From an uncultured Gemmatimonadota bacterium (lineage in GTDB: Bacteria; JAAXHH01): a stretch of DNA of 64,000 nt. This document shows, one piece after another, positions 19,674 to 29,739 of the stretch. Location: assembly GCA_951812955.1 (NCBI GenBank), contig OX638340.1, positions 512,001 through 576,000 on the forward strand, read 5' to 3'. A program made the translations under genes and the position numbers. The notes beneath the pieces were generated by a model. The model made no database searches. It worked only from the letters and a program-made list of their open reading frames with translations, and was not told the DNA's origin. Position 1 is the stretch's first letter, and each line of letters begins with the position of its first letter.

Positions 19674-20633
19674 TTACCGTTCTACCGCGAGCTGACCGAG
19701 CGTTTCTACTGCTGAAGACACGTCCTCTAGCTTGTCCGCATTCAGGATATTGACGCCTCGGTGCATTCTTTTCATGAGACCCGATAGTACGTTGCCCGGT
19801 CCGGCTTCCACCACCGTGTCCACCCCCCGGTCGGTCAGGGTCTGCATCGATTCCGCCCAGCGAACCGGGCTGGTCAATTGCTCGATCAACAGGCGGCGAA
19901 TTTCATCGGGCTCCGACACGATCCGGGCAGTCACGTTCGCAACCACAGGCGTTTTCGCTCGGCAGATGGAGGCCTTTTCGATCGCCTCCGCAAGATCCCG
20001 CCGCGCGTATTCCATGAGTTCGGAATGAAAAGCACCGCTGACCTTGAGCGCAACGACCTTTTTGGCCCCCGCCGCGCGAGCGTTTTCCATGGCCCGTTCC
20101 ACGGCCGGTACGGCTCCGGCGATGACCGTCTGCTTCGGCGAGTTGTAGTTGGCGGATTGAACGGGTTCGCCTTCCTCACTCGCAGACCGGCAGACTTCAT
20201 CGACTTCCAGCGGTGAAAGACCGATCACGGCCGCCATGGTGCCCGGCCGTTTTTGCCCGGCCTCGTGCATCAATCTACTGCGCAGGTGAATCAGGCGCAC
20301 CGATTCCTCGAATGAGAGTGAACCCGCGGCGACCAGCGCCGCGTATTCTCCCACGCTGTGTCCGGCGACGTAATCCGGATGGATCCCGTGCTCGTTCAGC
20401 TGGGACGCCACCGCCACGCTGTGCACCAGAATGGCCAGTTGCGTGTAATTCGTTTGCTTCAGGGTTTCCGCAGGGCCGTCAAAGGAGACTCCGGCGATAT
20501 CGGCGCCGGTGATCTCACGGGCCTGCCGGTACAGCGTCTGAATCCGAGGATACCGGTCGTGCAGGTCCCGTCCCATGCCCACGTACTGGGAAGCCTGCCC
20601 CGGAAACAAGAATGCGATCCTGGCTTGGGTCAT
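19674..20633 (-). CDS. fabD: Malonyl-CoA:ACP transacylase
   Basis: AFLFPGQASQ, GHSVGEY active-site serine and FHSELM motif. Confidence 0.9.
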   Translation of the reverse strand: MTQARIAFLFPGQASQYVGMGRDLHDRYPRIQTLYRQAREITGADIAGVSFDGPAETLKQTNYTQLAILVHSVAVASQLNEHGIHPDYVAGHSVGEYAALVAAGSLSFEESVRLIHLRSRLMHEAGQKRPGTMAAVIGLSPLEVDEVCRSASEEGEPVQSANYNSPKQTVIAGAVPAVERAMENARAAGAKKVVALKVSGAFHSELMEYARRDLAEAIEKASICRAKTPVVANVTARIVSEPDEIRRLLIEQLTSPVRWAESMQTLTDRGVDTVVEAGPGNVLSGLMKRMHRGVNILNADKLEDVSSAVETLGQLAVER

Positions 20634-20651
20634 GGATTGGCGGCGCCGAAC

Positions 20652-20834
20652 CTATATCGCTTCGACTTCCTGCACTTCCCTTCCCTGATAATATCCGCAA
20701 TGAGGACAAACACGGTGCGCGCGTTTCTTCTCTCCGCAATGCGAGCATTCCACCAGTGCCGGCATCGACAGTACCCAATGCGTACGTCGTTTACGACTCC
20801 GTGTCCGTGACTGGCGTCGCTTGGGCAGAGCCAT
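20652..20834 (-). CDS. rpmF: 50S ribosomal protein L32
   Basis: [20 protein letters not shown]... with CxxC...CxxC zinc ribbon. Start placed at the internal ATG at 20834 with GGAGG Shine-Dalgarno sequence. The track ORF is extended upstream. Confidence 0.85.
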   Translation of the reverse strand: MALPKRRQSRTRSRKRRTHWVLSMPALVECSHCGEKKRAHRVCPHCGYYQGREVQEVEAI

Positions 20835-20836
20835 TT

Positions 20837-21358
20837 CTATTCCTCCTTCAGCAACGTTTTCAGTGTGTGCCAGCGCGGGTCCTCTTGCCGCGTACCACAA
20901 TCGCAGGTGCCCTCGTTGAGGTTTCTGCCGCATTCGGCACAGAGGCCCTTGCAGTCATCGCTGCACAGGGGTTTCATCGGTAAGTTCAGGTTTACAAGTT
21001 CCGCGATGCGCCGGCGTAGATCAATCGTCTTCGCGCCGTAGTCCAGTATTTCCACATCGTCGGATTCGGTCAACTCCTCGCCCTCGGGTATGGCGCGGTC
21101 GGTCTTCTCGTAATAGGTCGCGATTTCGCCGCTGATATGTTCCTTCATGTCTTCAAGGCACCTGCCGCAGGAGAAGGCCAGATCGACACCTATGTCCGCC
21201 TGCAGCACCAGCGAATTCTCGGATACCGTGAGCGTGCCATCCACCTTAACGGGTGACGCGAATCGGCAGTCTTCGTCCGGTAGAAAGTCGGCGGCGGGCA
21301 TGTCTTCTATATGGATGGGATGTAGACCTTCGGACAGATGCTCGATCGCAATTTGCAT
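20837..21358 (-). CDS. yceD: YceD/DUF177 family protein (23S rRNA accumulation protein)
   Basis: Sits immediately upstream of rpmF in the conserved position. Acidic protein with a C-terminal Cys cluster ([23 protein letters not shown]). Confidence 0.8.
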   Translation of the reverse strand: MQIAIEHLSEGLHPIHIEDMPAADFLPDEDCRFASPVKVDGTLTVSENSLVLQADIGVDLAFSCGRCLEDMKEHISGEIATYYEKTDRAIPEGEELTESDDVEILDYGAKTIDLRRRIAELVNLNLPMKPLCSDDCKGLCAECGRNLNEGTCDCGTRQEDPRWHTLKTLLKEE

Positions 21359-21506
21359 ATCGGCTGCTTGTTCAGTATCGCTCGATCAGACTTCACACGC
21401 GTATCCCGTACCACGATCCGGATGTTGCCAGGCTTTCCGTCAATTGCCCGGAAGCCATTAATAATACGAGGGTTACCCCAGTCATGTCAAGAGGAAAATC
21501 CCCGGA

Positions 21507-22376
21507 TCAGGCGAGGGCGGAACCGACCAAATCGACCACGTCGGCCGATCGGTCGGCCACCGGAATTCCGGCGTCGTTCAGCGCGCGCACTTTCTCCTCG
21601 GCTCCTCCCGTTCCCCCAGATATGATCGCGCCGGCGTGCCCCATGCGTTTTCCGGGCGGGGCCGTGCGGCCCGCAATGAACCCAACCACTGGTTTATTCA
21701 TGTGCTGCCTGATGAATTCGGCCGCCCTTTCCTCGTCTGAGCCGCCGATTTCGCCAATCATGACTACAGCGTGGGTATCGGGGTCCGATTCGAAGGCCTC
21801 GAGGGCGTCGATGAAGCCGGTCCCGATGATCGGATCGCCGCCGATGCCCAGGCAGGTCGATTGACCTATGCCCGCGCTCGTCAACTGGTGAACGATTTCG
21901 TAGGTCAACGTGCCGCTTCGGGAAACCACGCCCACGTGGCCGGGTTGGTGAATGTGGCCGGGCATGATGCCCACCTTGGTGACTCCAGGTGTGATGGCGC
22001 CGGGACAGTTCGGTCCGAGCAGGCGTGCGTTGGATTGCTGCAGGACGGCGTATACACGGGCCATGTCAAGGGTCGGGATGCCTTCCGTGATGCATATCAC
22101 CAGGTCCATTTCGGCATCGACGGCTTCGTGGATCGCGTCGGCCGCGAACGCGGGACGGACGTAGATGATCGAGGTGTTGGCCCCGGTCGATTCGGCCGCT
22201 TCCGCCAGTGTATCGTAGACCGGTATGCCGTCCAGGTCCTGGCCGCCTTTTCCCGGTGTGACCCCGGCTACGATGTTCGTGCCGTATTCCACCATCTGGC
22301 GGGTGTGAAAAGAACCGTCCCGTCCGGTAATCCCCTGCACGACGACGCTGGTGTTTTCATTTACCAGTATACTCAT
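21507..22376 (-). CDS. sucD: Succinyl-CoA ligase alpha subunit
   Basis: [14 protein letters not shown], catalytic His region HAGAIISGG and CoA-binding fold. Confidence 0.9.
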   Translation of the reverse strand: MSILVNENTSVVVQGITGRDGSFHTRQMVEYGTNIVAGVTPGKGGQDLDGIPVYDTLAEAAESTGANTSIIYVRPAFAADAIHEAVDAEMDLVICITEGIPTLDMARVYAVLQQSNARLLGPNCPGAITPGVTKVGIMPGHIHQPGHVGVVSRSGTLTYEIVHQLTSAGIGQSTCLGIGGDPIIGTGFIDALEAFESDPDTHAVVMIGEIGGSDEERAAEFIRQHMNKPVVGFIAGRTAPPGKRMGHAGAIISGGTGGAEEKVRALNDAGIPVADRSADVVDLVGSALA

Positions 22377-23530
22377 CTTCCCGCCTCCCCCAGTTCAACG
22401 GCTTTCTGAACGGCTTCCGCCATCGTGTCTACGGCGACCAGTCCCACGGATTCGAGTATGCGCCGGCCCTCTGCTTCGTTCGTTCCGGTCAACCGGATGA
22501 CGATGGGCAGGGCGAGCGGACCGCCGGGTCCTTCGGCGATGCGGTTCAGGGCGGTCACGATGCCGTTGGCTACGTCGTCGCAGCGCGTGATGCCGCCGAA
22601 TATGTTGAAAAGCACGGCCTTCACCCGGTTGTCGGACGTGATGATGTTCATGGCGGTGACGACTTTGTCCGGGTTCGAACTGCCGCCGATGTCGAGAAAG
22701 TTGGCCGGCATGCCCCCGTAGAACTTCACCATGTCCATGGTCGCCATGGCCAGGCCCGCGCCGTTGACGATGCAACCGATGTCGCCGTCGAGTTTGACGA
22801 AGCTTAGATCGGCGTCACGCGCTTCGGCCTCGGTTGCCTCTTCGGAGTCGGGATCGCGCATGGCCTCAATTTCTTCGTGCCTGAACAGGGCGTTGTCGTC
22901 GATGTTCATCTTGCCGTCCAGGGCCCATAGTTTCCCATCCGGCGTCGTCACAAGCGGGTTGATTTCCGCCAGGGAAGCATCGCTTTCGATAAACACGTCG
23001 TAGAGCTGTGTGAGCATACGGGCGGCCTGCCTCGCCACGGCGGGATCGGCATAGAGTTTGTGGGCAAGGGATCGGGCCTGGTACGGCATGAGCCCCAGCA
23101 GGGGATCGACGGCCAGTTTGTGGATCTTCTCCGGTGTCTCGCGGGCGACTTCCTCGATATCGACGCCGCCCGCGGCGCTGACCATGAACACCGCCCGACG
23201 GGTCTGCCGGTCGAGGATGATGCCTACATAAGCTTCATGATCGATCTCCACGGCCTCGGCCACCAGCACCTGCCGGACCGTCAGTCCTTTGATGTCCATG
23301 CCCAGGATCTGATCCGCCTTTTCGAAGGCCTCTTCAGGCGTCGATGCCAGTTTAACGCCTCCCGCCTTACCCCGGCCGCCGACGTGCACCTGGGCCTTGA
23401 CGACTACCCGCACACCCAGATGCTCCGCGATACGCCTGGCATCTTCCGGCGTTCGAGCTACCTGTTCCCTGGGAATCGCCATCCCGTGCCGGGCGAATAT
23501 GTCCTTCGCCTGGAATTCGTGTATGTTCAA
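22373..23530 (-). CDS. sucC: Succinyl-CoA ligase beta subunit
   Basis: [13 protein letters not shown]-terminus, ATP-grasp domain and [10 protein letters not shown] motif. Its stop overlaps the sucD start. Confidence 0.9.
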   Translation of the reverse strand: MNIHEFQAKDIFARHGMAIPREQVARTPEDARRIAEHLGVRVVVKAQVHVGGRGKAGGVKLASTPEEAFEKADQILGMDIKGLTVRQVLVAEAVEIDHEAYVGIILDRQTRRAVFMVSAAGGVDIEEVARETPEKIHKLAVDPLLGLMPYQARSLAHKLYADPAVARQAARMLTQLYDVFIESDASLAEINPLVTTPDGKLWALDGKMNIDDNALFRHEEIEAMRDPDSEEATEAEARDADLSFVKLDGDIGCIVNGAGLAMATMDMVKFYGGMPANFLDIGGSSNPDKVVTAMNIITSDNRVKAVLFNIFGGITRCDDVANGIVTALNRIAEGPGGPLALPIVIRLTGTNEAEGRRILESVGLVAVDTMAEAVQKAVELGEAGR

Positions 23531-23581
23531 TGCGTGCTCCTTCGGTATCGGATTTCTTCCGCTTCTATTAAGACTGCGCCG

Positions 23582-23660
23582 GCCCTTCCGTTCCGGCCGT
23601 CGCTCTTCCGTTCAGCTCTGCCCTTCCGTTCAGGTTTGCCTTTCCGTTCCGGCCGTCGTC
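23582..23660. repeat. Four tandem 19-bp direct repeats, core CTTCCGTTC, upstream of sucCD
   Basis: CCTTCCGTTCCGGCCGTCG / CTCTTCCGTTCAGCTCTGC / CCTTCCGTTCAGGTTTGC / CTTTCCGTTCCGGCCGTCG read directly, 50-130 nt upstream of the sucC ATG. Confidence 0.6.
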
Positions 23661-23670
23661 CTACGCGTTT

Positions 23671-25209
23671 TCAAACCTGTCTGGCCACCAACCCGCCCAG
23701 GGTATCGAAACCAGGTTTCAGGGCCGGGTACAAGGACCTGAAAACTTCGTAGTATTCGTCGTACCGCGCCGAGGCTTCCCGTTCCGGCTCCGTCGCGGAA
23801 ACGATTGTGACTAGGTCGTCCGCGGCCTCCTCGACGGTGCCGTACACGCCAGTACCTACAGCGGCGAGGATCGCGGCACCGAAAGCAGGCCCTTCCTCGG
23901 CGTTCACGGTGACCACTTCGGCGCCGTAGATATCCGCCTGGATTTGCCGCCAGAGGCTGCTCCGCGCACCGCCTCCCGTGGACCGGACCTGTTCGACGGA
24001 CAGTCCCAGCGCACGCATGATTTCTATGGAATCCCGTAGGGCGAAGGTCACGCCTTCCATGACGGACCGGATCATGTGGGAACGGCCGTGCCGCCCGGTG
24101 ATGCCGATGAATGCGCCCCGCGCGTTGGCGTCCTTGTGTGGGGTGCGTTCGCCCATGAGATAGGGAAGAAACACCAGCCCCTCGCTGCCCACAGGCGCCC
24201 GGGCCGCCTGGGCAGTCATCAGTTCATAGGGATCGGTGTCCAGCATCCGTGCCGCGCTCATCTCGACTTCGCCCAGGGTGTTGCGCAGCCATTGGAAGGC
24301 GCCGCCTGCAAAGAGGGTAACGCCCATCAGGTACCACTTGTCCGGAACGCTGTGACAGAAGGTGTGGACGCGCAGTTCCGGATCCACATGGACTTCGTCG
24401 GTGTGGGCGAAGACCACGCCCGATGTTCCCAGACTGGAAAGGATCCGCCCGGGGCGCACGATCCCGGCTCCCACGGCGCCGCAGGTGTTGTCGGCCCCGC
24501 CGCCGACAACGGGCGTGCCGGGCCTGAGTCCCATTTCCTCGGCCACTTCTTCCGTCACGTGGCCGCATACGTCGATGGATTCGTAAGTGGGCGGCATGAA
24601 TTCCGCCGGAAGGCCGATGGCGTCCAGCATGGGAGCCGACCATCGCCTTTCGCGTACGTCGAACAGCAGCGTGCCCGCGGCGTCGGACACCTCCATGGCG
24701 AATTCGCCTGTCATCCGGAACCGAATGTAGTCCTTGGGCAGCAAGACGCGCCGGATCCGTTCGTATATCCGTGGCTCATGGTCGCGGACCCAGATCAGTT
24801 TGGGTGCGGTGAAGCCTTCGAGGGCGGGATTGGACACCCACCGCACCAGGTTTTCCTCGCCCGCCTTTTCCGTAATCCAGCGGCACTGTTCTGTGGTTCG
24901 CGTATCGCACCACAGGATGGACGGCCGGAGCACCTCGTTCCGCGCGTCGAGCAGCACCGAACTGTGCATCTGTCCCGACAGGCCGATTCCGACGATGGAG
25001 TCGGCGGGAACTCCGGCGGCGCCCATGGCTTCGCGCACCGTGTTCGAAGCCGCACGCCACCAGTCCGCCGGATCCTGTTCCGCCCAGTTCGGCCGGGGGG
25101 TGTGCAGGGGGATCTCTTCGAAGGCCCGGGCCGCCAGTTCGCCCCGTTCATCGACTATGATCGTCTTGATGCCCGAGGTACCGATATCGATGCCAATGAG
25201 GTGTCTCAT
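23671..25209 (-). CDS. xylB: Xylulokinase (FGGY carbohydrate kinase)
   Basis: LIGIDIGTSGIKT N-terminal motif, FGGY domains and length about 500 aa. Confidence 0.85.
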   Translation of the reverse strand: MRHLIGIDIGTSGIKTIIVDERGELAARAFEEIPLHTPRPNWAEQDPADWWRAASNTVREAMGAAGVPADSIVGIGLSGQMHSSVLLDARNEVLRPSILWCDTRTTEQCRWITEKAGEENLVRWVSNPALEGFTAPKLIWVRDHEPRIYERIRRVLLPKDYIRFRMTGEFAMEVSDAAGTLLFDVRERRWSAPMLDAIGLPAEFMPPTYESIDVCGHVTEEVAEEMGLRPGTPVVGGGADNTCGAVGAGIVRPGRILSSLGTSGVVFAHTDEVHVDPELRVHTFCHSVPDKWYLMGVTLFAGGAFQWLRNTLGEVEMSAARMLDTDPYELMTAQAARAPVGSEGLVFLPYLMGERTPHKDANARGAFIGITGRHGRSHMIRSVMEGVTFALRDSIEIMRALGLSVEQVRSTGGGARSSLWRQIQADIYGAEVVTVNAEEGPAFGAAILAAVGTGVYGTVEEAADDLVTIVSATEPEREASARYDEYYEVFRSLYPALKPGFDTLGGLVARQV

Positions 25210-25303
25210 ACACGAACCGTTGCCTGCCGGAGAAGTGTCTCACCGGCACAAAAAAACCTGCGCAAAATCGCAGGAACTTGATGGTTGGAGCTGGAAGCCG
25301 GGT

Positions 25304-26188
25304 TCAACTCATGTAAGCGTGCAGCCGGACACTGCGGGAGGTGTGGCGCAATCGCCGGATCGCCCGTTCCTTGATCTGGCGCACCCGCTCGCGGGTCAGG
25401 CCGAACTGCTTGCCGATCTCGTCCAGGGTCATCGGCTTATCCTTGTTGATCCCGAAATAGTAACGGATCACGGTAGCTTCGCGGTCCGTGAGGGTATTCA
25501 GAGCCCAGAACACTTCCTCCTTAAGCGATTTATCCATGACCTGCGTTTCCGGCGATTCGACGTTCGTATCTTCAATCACGTCGAGCAGGCGTCCCTCCTC
25601 TCCCGGTGAAAAAGGCGCGTCAAGCGACAGGTGCGGGCTGAACGTCCGCATGATGGCAACCACATCCTTGTGATCCAGCGATAACCTGTCTGCGATTTCG
25701 TGGGTCGTGGGCTCCCGGCCCAGTTCCTGTTTAAGACCGCGTACGACCTTGTTGACCCGCCGCAATTCTTCCGCCCGGTTCAACGGAAGACGGAATATCC
25801 TGGACTGTTCGGCCAGGGCCTGCATGATTGCCTGCCGCACCCACCAGACCGCGTAGGAAATGAACTTGAACCCCTTGTGCTCATCGTATCGCTGCGCGGC
25901 TTTGATCAATCCGATATTGCCCTCGTTAATCAGATCGGAAAGGGGCAGACCCTGGTTCTGGTACTGCCTCGCTACCACGACGACAAATCTAAGATTGGCC
26001 TGTATGAGCTTGTTTAGTGCGCCGCGCACCCCGTTTCGCGCGTCGCGCGCCAGGGTCATTTCCTCTTCCAGGTTCAGCACCGGTATGGTCCGGATTTCTT
26101 TCAGGTAGGTGTCGAGCGAACGGTCATCACCGGGATTCCGCGATCCAACCCGGGAAATGCGGACTTCCGTTTGGGCGGACTTGGGCAT
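25304..26188 (-). CDS. RNA polymerase sigma-70 family factor (RpoD/RpoS-like; group 1 or 2)
   Basis: Regions 2-4 are present. Region 4 TLDEIGKQFGLTRERVRQIKERAIRRLRH closely matches RpoD. The start was placed at the ATG at 26188 (MPKSAQ) with GAGGAAG upstream. The track ORF starts 24 codons earlier. Confidence 0.8.
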   Translation of the reverse strand: MPKSAQTEVRISRVGSRNPGDDRSLDTYLKEIRTIPVLNLEEEMTLARDARNGVRGALNKLIQANLRFVVVVARQYQNQGLPLSDLINEGNIGLIKAAQRYDEHKGFKFISYAVWWVRQAIMQALAEQSRIFRLPLNRAEELRRVNKVVRGLKQELGREPTTHEIADRLSLDHKDVVAIMRTFSPHLSLDAPFSPGEEGRLLDVIEDTNVESPETQVMDKSLKEEVFWALNTLTDREATVIRYYFGINKDKPMTLDEIGKQFGLTRERVRQIKERAIRRLRHTSRSVRLHAYMS

Positions 26189-26391
26189 GGACTTCCTCGG
26201 GTACCGCATGCAGACCGTTTTAAGACAGTCGGTAACTGTCACGCCGAACCGATAGGGCACCGGTTGTTGCGAATATCGATCTGATTACGTAGAACCTGCT
26301 TTACGTGATTCCCAGTCTACCAGCACTATAATGGCGTGCCGGAATGGGCGTCAAGTTTTTTTAGGTTATATCGGCAGTTATTCATCCCCAC

Positions 26392-28119
26392 TCAGAAGAC
26401 CCGCTCTTCGACGTTGTTTCCAATATAGATGTCCATCATCGTGGTCCGGTTTCCCCAGAACAGATCCTGTCCCCAGGCATTGGGTTCGAGCCCCTTGAAC
26501 CAGGGCTTGCGCAGTTCCAGCACATGCGTGTGGTAGATGAACACGCCGCCGACGTCTTCCACGAGAATGCGCTCCGCCCTGGCGTAGTATGCCATGCGTT
26601 CAGCGTGGTCAAGCGTCGTGCCGCCTGCCCGGAGCAATCTGTCGAACTCGTCGTTCTTCCAGTCGTGCCTGCCATGGCCCACTGGCTGTGAATGCCATAC
26701 CTGGGAAAGCATGTTGTCCGGATCGGGATAGTCGTACTGGTAGGGAATCAGTCCGAAGGGGATCGTATACTGGTACATGTTATCCATGTAGAGGCCGATT
26801 TCCTGGTTACGGATGTCGACGCGCAAGCCCAGGGTTTCCTTCAGCATGCCCTGGATGGCCTGGGCAATGGACATCTGCGTGGGATCAGCCTGGCGTAGCC
26901 AGAATTCGATGGGCGGCAAGCCCCTGCCTTCCGGATAGCCGGCTTCCTCGAGCAGGCGCCGGGCCTCGGACGGATCGAAGCGCTGGACATCCTTCAGCTG
27001 GTCGCCCGTATAGCCTGGGAAATTAGGTGGGAGCATCGTATAGGCCGGGGTGCCGTGACCCTGCAGGATGACCCGGCAGATGGTCTCCCGGTCGATAGCG
27101 TGGCTGACGGCCCTCCGTATCCGCACGTCGTCGAAGGGCGGCACGGTTGTCCGGAAGAAGAGATACCAGGTCTGGAAGTGGGGATTGGAGGTCAGCTCGC
27201 GAGTCAAGTCCGGACTGTTTTCGATCTCGCCCAGGTACTGGGCAAATACGCCTTGCCGGTCGACCTCGTTGTTCTCGTAAGGAGCTATGCCCGGATGGGT
27301 GCCGGCGATGATGAACTTCAGCTTGATCTTTTCCAGGAATCCGGGGTAACGCCCGTTGTAGTAGGGGTTCAAGTCGTAGGAGATGTATCGGTCCGTGATC
27401 CATTCGTCCAGCTTGTAGCTGTAGTTGCTGACCATGTTGCCCGGCTCGGTCCAGCGGCGGCCGTGTTTCTCCACCTGCCAGGGGGGTACGGGCGCCGCGG
27501 AGTTGTAGGCCATGATGTGGGGGAGGTAGGGACAGGGCGCCTCGGCCTCGATCTCGAGGGTCAGATCGTCGATGGCGCGCACGCCTACCGAATCGGGGTC
27601 GCTGATATTGCCGTGATTGAAGTCCCGGGCGTTCTTGATATTGTAGAAGAGAAACGCGAAGACGTTGCCCTCGTCCGGATCCAGGAATCGCTTGAAGGTG
27701 TACTCGAAATCGTGGGCGGTAACCGCCCTGCCATCGCTCCAGCGCGCGCCTTCCCGGAGATGAAAGGTCCAGGTACGCCCGTCTTCGGACGGCTCCCAGC
27801 TGTCGGCGGCCCCGGGAATGAGGACGTCGTCGGCGTCGAACATGGTTAGCCGTTCAAACAGGTGGGGATCCGAGCCTTTGACACCGTAATTGTCCAGGCT
27901 CACGTCCAGGGTCTTGGGCTCTTCGATGAAATACATCAGGACCTGTTCGTGCAGGGGGGCGGCGTCCGGCGGCAGTTCTATACCCAGGCTGTTAATGACT
28001 GGACCGGCCGTGGGCTGGACCGCGTTATTCTCATCGCCGCCGCAACCGGTCAGGACGAGCAGAAGAATCAGGATGCAGCGGGATGTGCTGGCATGGTTAG
28101 GTAAGACATGGTAAGGCAT
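26392..28119 (-). CDS. ABC transporter substrate-binding lipoprotein, family 5 (Opp/Dpp/Nik-like)
   Basis: Lipobox LLVLTGCGG after the start MPYHVLPN at 28119. SBP_bac_5-type fold of about 570 aa. The upstream 66 codons in the track ORF are judged artefactual. Confidence 0.8.
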   Translation of the reverse strand: MPYHVLPNHASTSRCILILLLVLTGCGGDENNAVQPTAGPVINSLGIELPPDAAPLHEQVLMYFIEEPKTLDVSLDNYGVKGSDPHLFERLTMFDADDVLIPGAADSWEPSEDGRTWTFHLREGARWSDGRAVTAHDFEYTFKRFLDPDEGNVFAFLFYNIKNARDFNHGNISDPDSVGVRAIDDLTLEIEAEAPCPYLPHIMAYNSAAPVPPWQVEKHGRRWTEPGNMVSNYSYKLDEWITDRYISYDLNPYYNGRYPGFLEKIKLKFIIAGTHPGIAPYENNEVDRQGVFAQYLGEIENSPDLTRELTSNPHFQTWYLFFRTTVPPFDDVRIRRAVSHAIDRETICRVILQGHGTPAYTMLPPNFPGYTGDQLKDVQRFDPSEARRLLEEAGYPEGRGLPPIEFWLRQADPTQMSIAQAIQGMLKETLGLRVDIRNQEIGLYMDNMYQYTIPFGLIPYQYDYPDPDNMLSQVWHSQPVGHGRHDWKNDEFDRLLRAGGTTLDHAERMAYYARAERILVEDVGGVFIYHTHVLELRKPWFKGLEPNAWGQDLFWGNRTTMMDIYIGNNVEERVF

Positions 28120-28339
28120 GGTACGCGCCACCTTCGAACGAGCGTCGGTCCGGGATCGGGCTGGCAATTCCAAAGTAGAACCATCCGCAAGCGACGAGGA
28201 AACAACGCCCGGCAAACTGGTGGGTATTCGGCTTTCGGGTGTTTTCTGTAAGATGGTCGCGGCTCGTACCGGGGTCAATAGAAAAGGGGACCGATTGCCG
28301 GGGTCGTTGCTTGACATCGGTACGCCGTGAGGATACGTT

Positions 28340-28379
28340 GGGTGCGACCCTTTATCCTCGGGTGCGACTCTTTATCTTC
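28340..28379 (+). promoter_or_regulatory. Perfect-to-near-perfect 20-bp tandem duplication GGGTGCGAC(C/T)CTTTATC(C/T)TC immediately upstream of the APC permease
   Basis: Read directly. The two copies are adjacent and end about 20 nt before the ATG at 28399. Confidence 0.4.
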
Positions 28380-28398
28380 AAATTCGGAAAGCCCATCC

Positions 28399-29739
28399 AT
28401 GCCTGATAATCCATCGGGACCGTCCCGTCCCACGCTGCGCAAGTCCCTTGGGCTTTTCGATGGAATCACTATCCTCGTGGGCATCACCATCGGGGCCGGC
28501 ATCTTCTCGGCGCCCCAGATTATCGCGGGCTTCACCGATTCATTCACCCCCATTCTCTGGCTCTGGATCGCGGGCGGCGCCTTCATTTTCATCGGTGGAC
28601 TCGTGTACGCGGAACTGGGCAGCCGGCTTCCGGAAACGGGTGGTGAATACATGTACATCAGCCGCGCCTTCGGCCCCTTCGCCGGGTTCATGTTCGGCTG
28701 GTCTCAGCTGTTTATCATACGCACCAGCCCCCTGGCCGGACTGGCGATCGTGACGGTCAACTACCTGACCTATTTCGTCGACCTGTCCCGGACCGAACAG
28801 ATCGCCGCCGCCCTGTTCATCATCCTGATGTTGGCCATCCTGAATTACGTCGGCGTGCAACGGGCGGGGTTCTACCAGCGGCTGACCACCGTGCTCAAGG
28901 TCGGCGGCCTGATGCTCCTGGTCGTGCTCGGATTCACCCTGGACTACGGTGGTGACAACCTGCTGGAGACCACCGCGGCGCCGACGGGAACGCTAGGGCC
29001 CGTAGGAAATATCATCGCGGCCGCGTTCATGGTCGTCTTCGCCTACATGGGCTTCGAACGGGTAGGCTACTCGGCTGGAGAGATGAAGGATCCCCGCCGT
29101 ACCATACCCCTGACCATGTTCCTTGGCATCTCGGCGATCATCGTGATCTACGTCCTGGCGAATCTCCTCTACCACCAGACGCTCGGCATGGAAGGCGTCC
29201 GTACGAGCAACATCGTGGCCTCGGACACGGCCGTCCTGCTGCTGGGCCCCCTCGGTGCGGGATTCATCGCCATCACCGTGATGATCTCCACGACCGGCAG
29301 CATGAACGGGACCTTCATGACCGCCACGCGGGTCTACTACGCCATGGCGCGGGATGGACTCTTCTTCAAGTGGCTGGACTACATCCATCCCGTGTACCGC
29401 ACGCCTTCGCGGGCCATCATTGCCCATGCCGTGTGGGGATCGGCCATCCTGCTGTTTCGTGGAACCTTCGAGACCATCATGGCAGGCATGGTCTTCGCGG
29501 TGCTCATCTTCTTCGGCGCCAATACCCTGGCCCTGTTCAAGCTGCGCCGCATGGGCGCAGGAGTCGACGGGGGCTACAGGGTGCCGCTGTATCCCTGGAC
29601 GCCGTCCCTCTTCCTGGCCGGGATCGTCGCACTGGTCGTCCTGCGGGCCACCTTCGAATGGTACAATTCGCTCATCGACCTCGCCTTCATCGTCACGGGA
29701 CTGCCGTTCTGGTTGATCTGGCGCAAGACGCGCAGTTAG
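28399..29739 (+). CDS. Amino acid/polyamine/organocation (APC) family permease
   Basis: Twelve predicted TM segments. The APC-family N-terminal consensus LGLFDGITILVGITIGAGIF is present. Start at ATG 28399. Confidence 0.8.
   Translation: MPDNPSGPSRPTLRKSLGLFDGITILVGITIGAGIFSAPQIIAGFTDSFTPILWLWIAGGAFIFIGGLVYAELGSRLPETGGEYMYISRAFGPFAGFMFGWSQLFIIRTSPLAGLAIVTVNYLTYFVDLSRTEQIAAALFIILMLAILNYVGVQRAGFYQRLTTVLKVGGLMLLVVLGFTLDYGGDNLLETTAAPTGTLGPVGNIIAAAFMVVFAYMGFERVGYSAGEMKDPRRTIPLTMFLGISAIIVIYVLANLLYHQTLGMEGVRTSNIVASDTAVLLLGPLGAGFIAITVMISTTGSMNGTFMTATRVYYAMARDGLFFKWLDYIHPVYRTPSRAIIAHAVWGSAILLFRGTFETIMAGMVFAVLIFFGANTLALFKLRRMGAGVDGGYRVPLYPWTPSLFLAGIVALVVLRATFEWYNSLIDLAFIVTGLPFWLIWRKTRS

Noticed and set aside
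23060-23752. 230-aa plus-strand ORF with repeated LPFRSG peptide units
   Set aside because: The repeats are the translated image of the 19-bp DNA tandem repeats upstream of sucC. The ORF spans an intergenic region and the antisense of the sucC 5' end.
24076-25281. 401-aa plus-strand ORF overlapping xylB
   Set aside because: It is antisense to a clear FGGY kinase. Its biased Gly/Arg/Pro composition gives no motif.
26189-28317. N-terminal extensions in track ORFs: sigma factor +24 aa, OppA-like +66 aa, arginase +76 aa, acpP +19 aa, rpmF +33 aa, glnS +25 aa, ADH +27 aa, cupin +41 aa
   Set aside because: The track opens each ORF at the most upstream ATG, GTG or TTG. Internal ATG codons with Shine-Dalgarno-like sequences, plus lipobox or signal-peptide positions and homologue N-termini, support shorter genes. 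I verified each of these start codons in the DNA.
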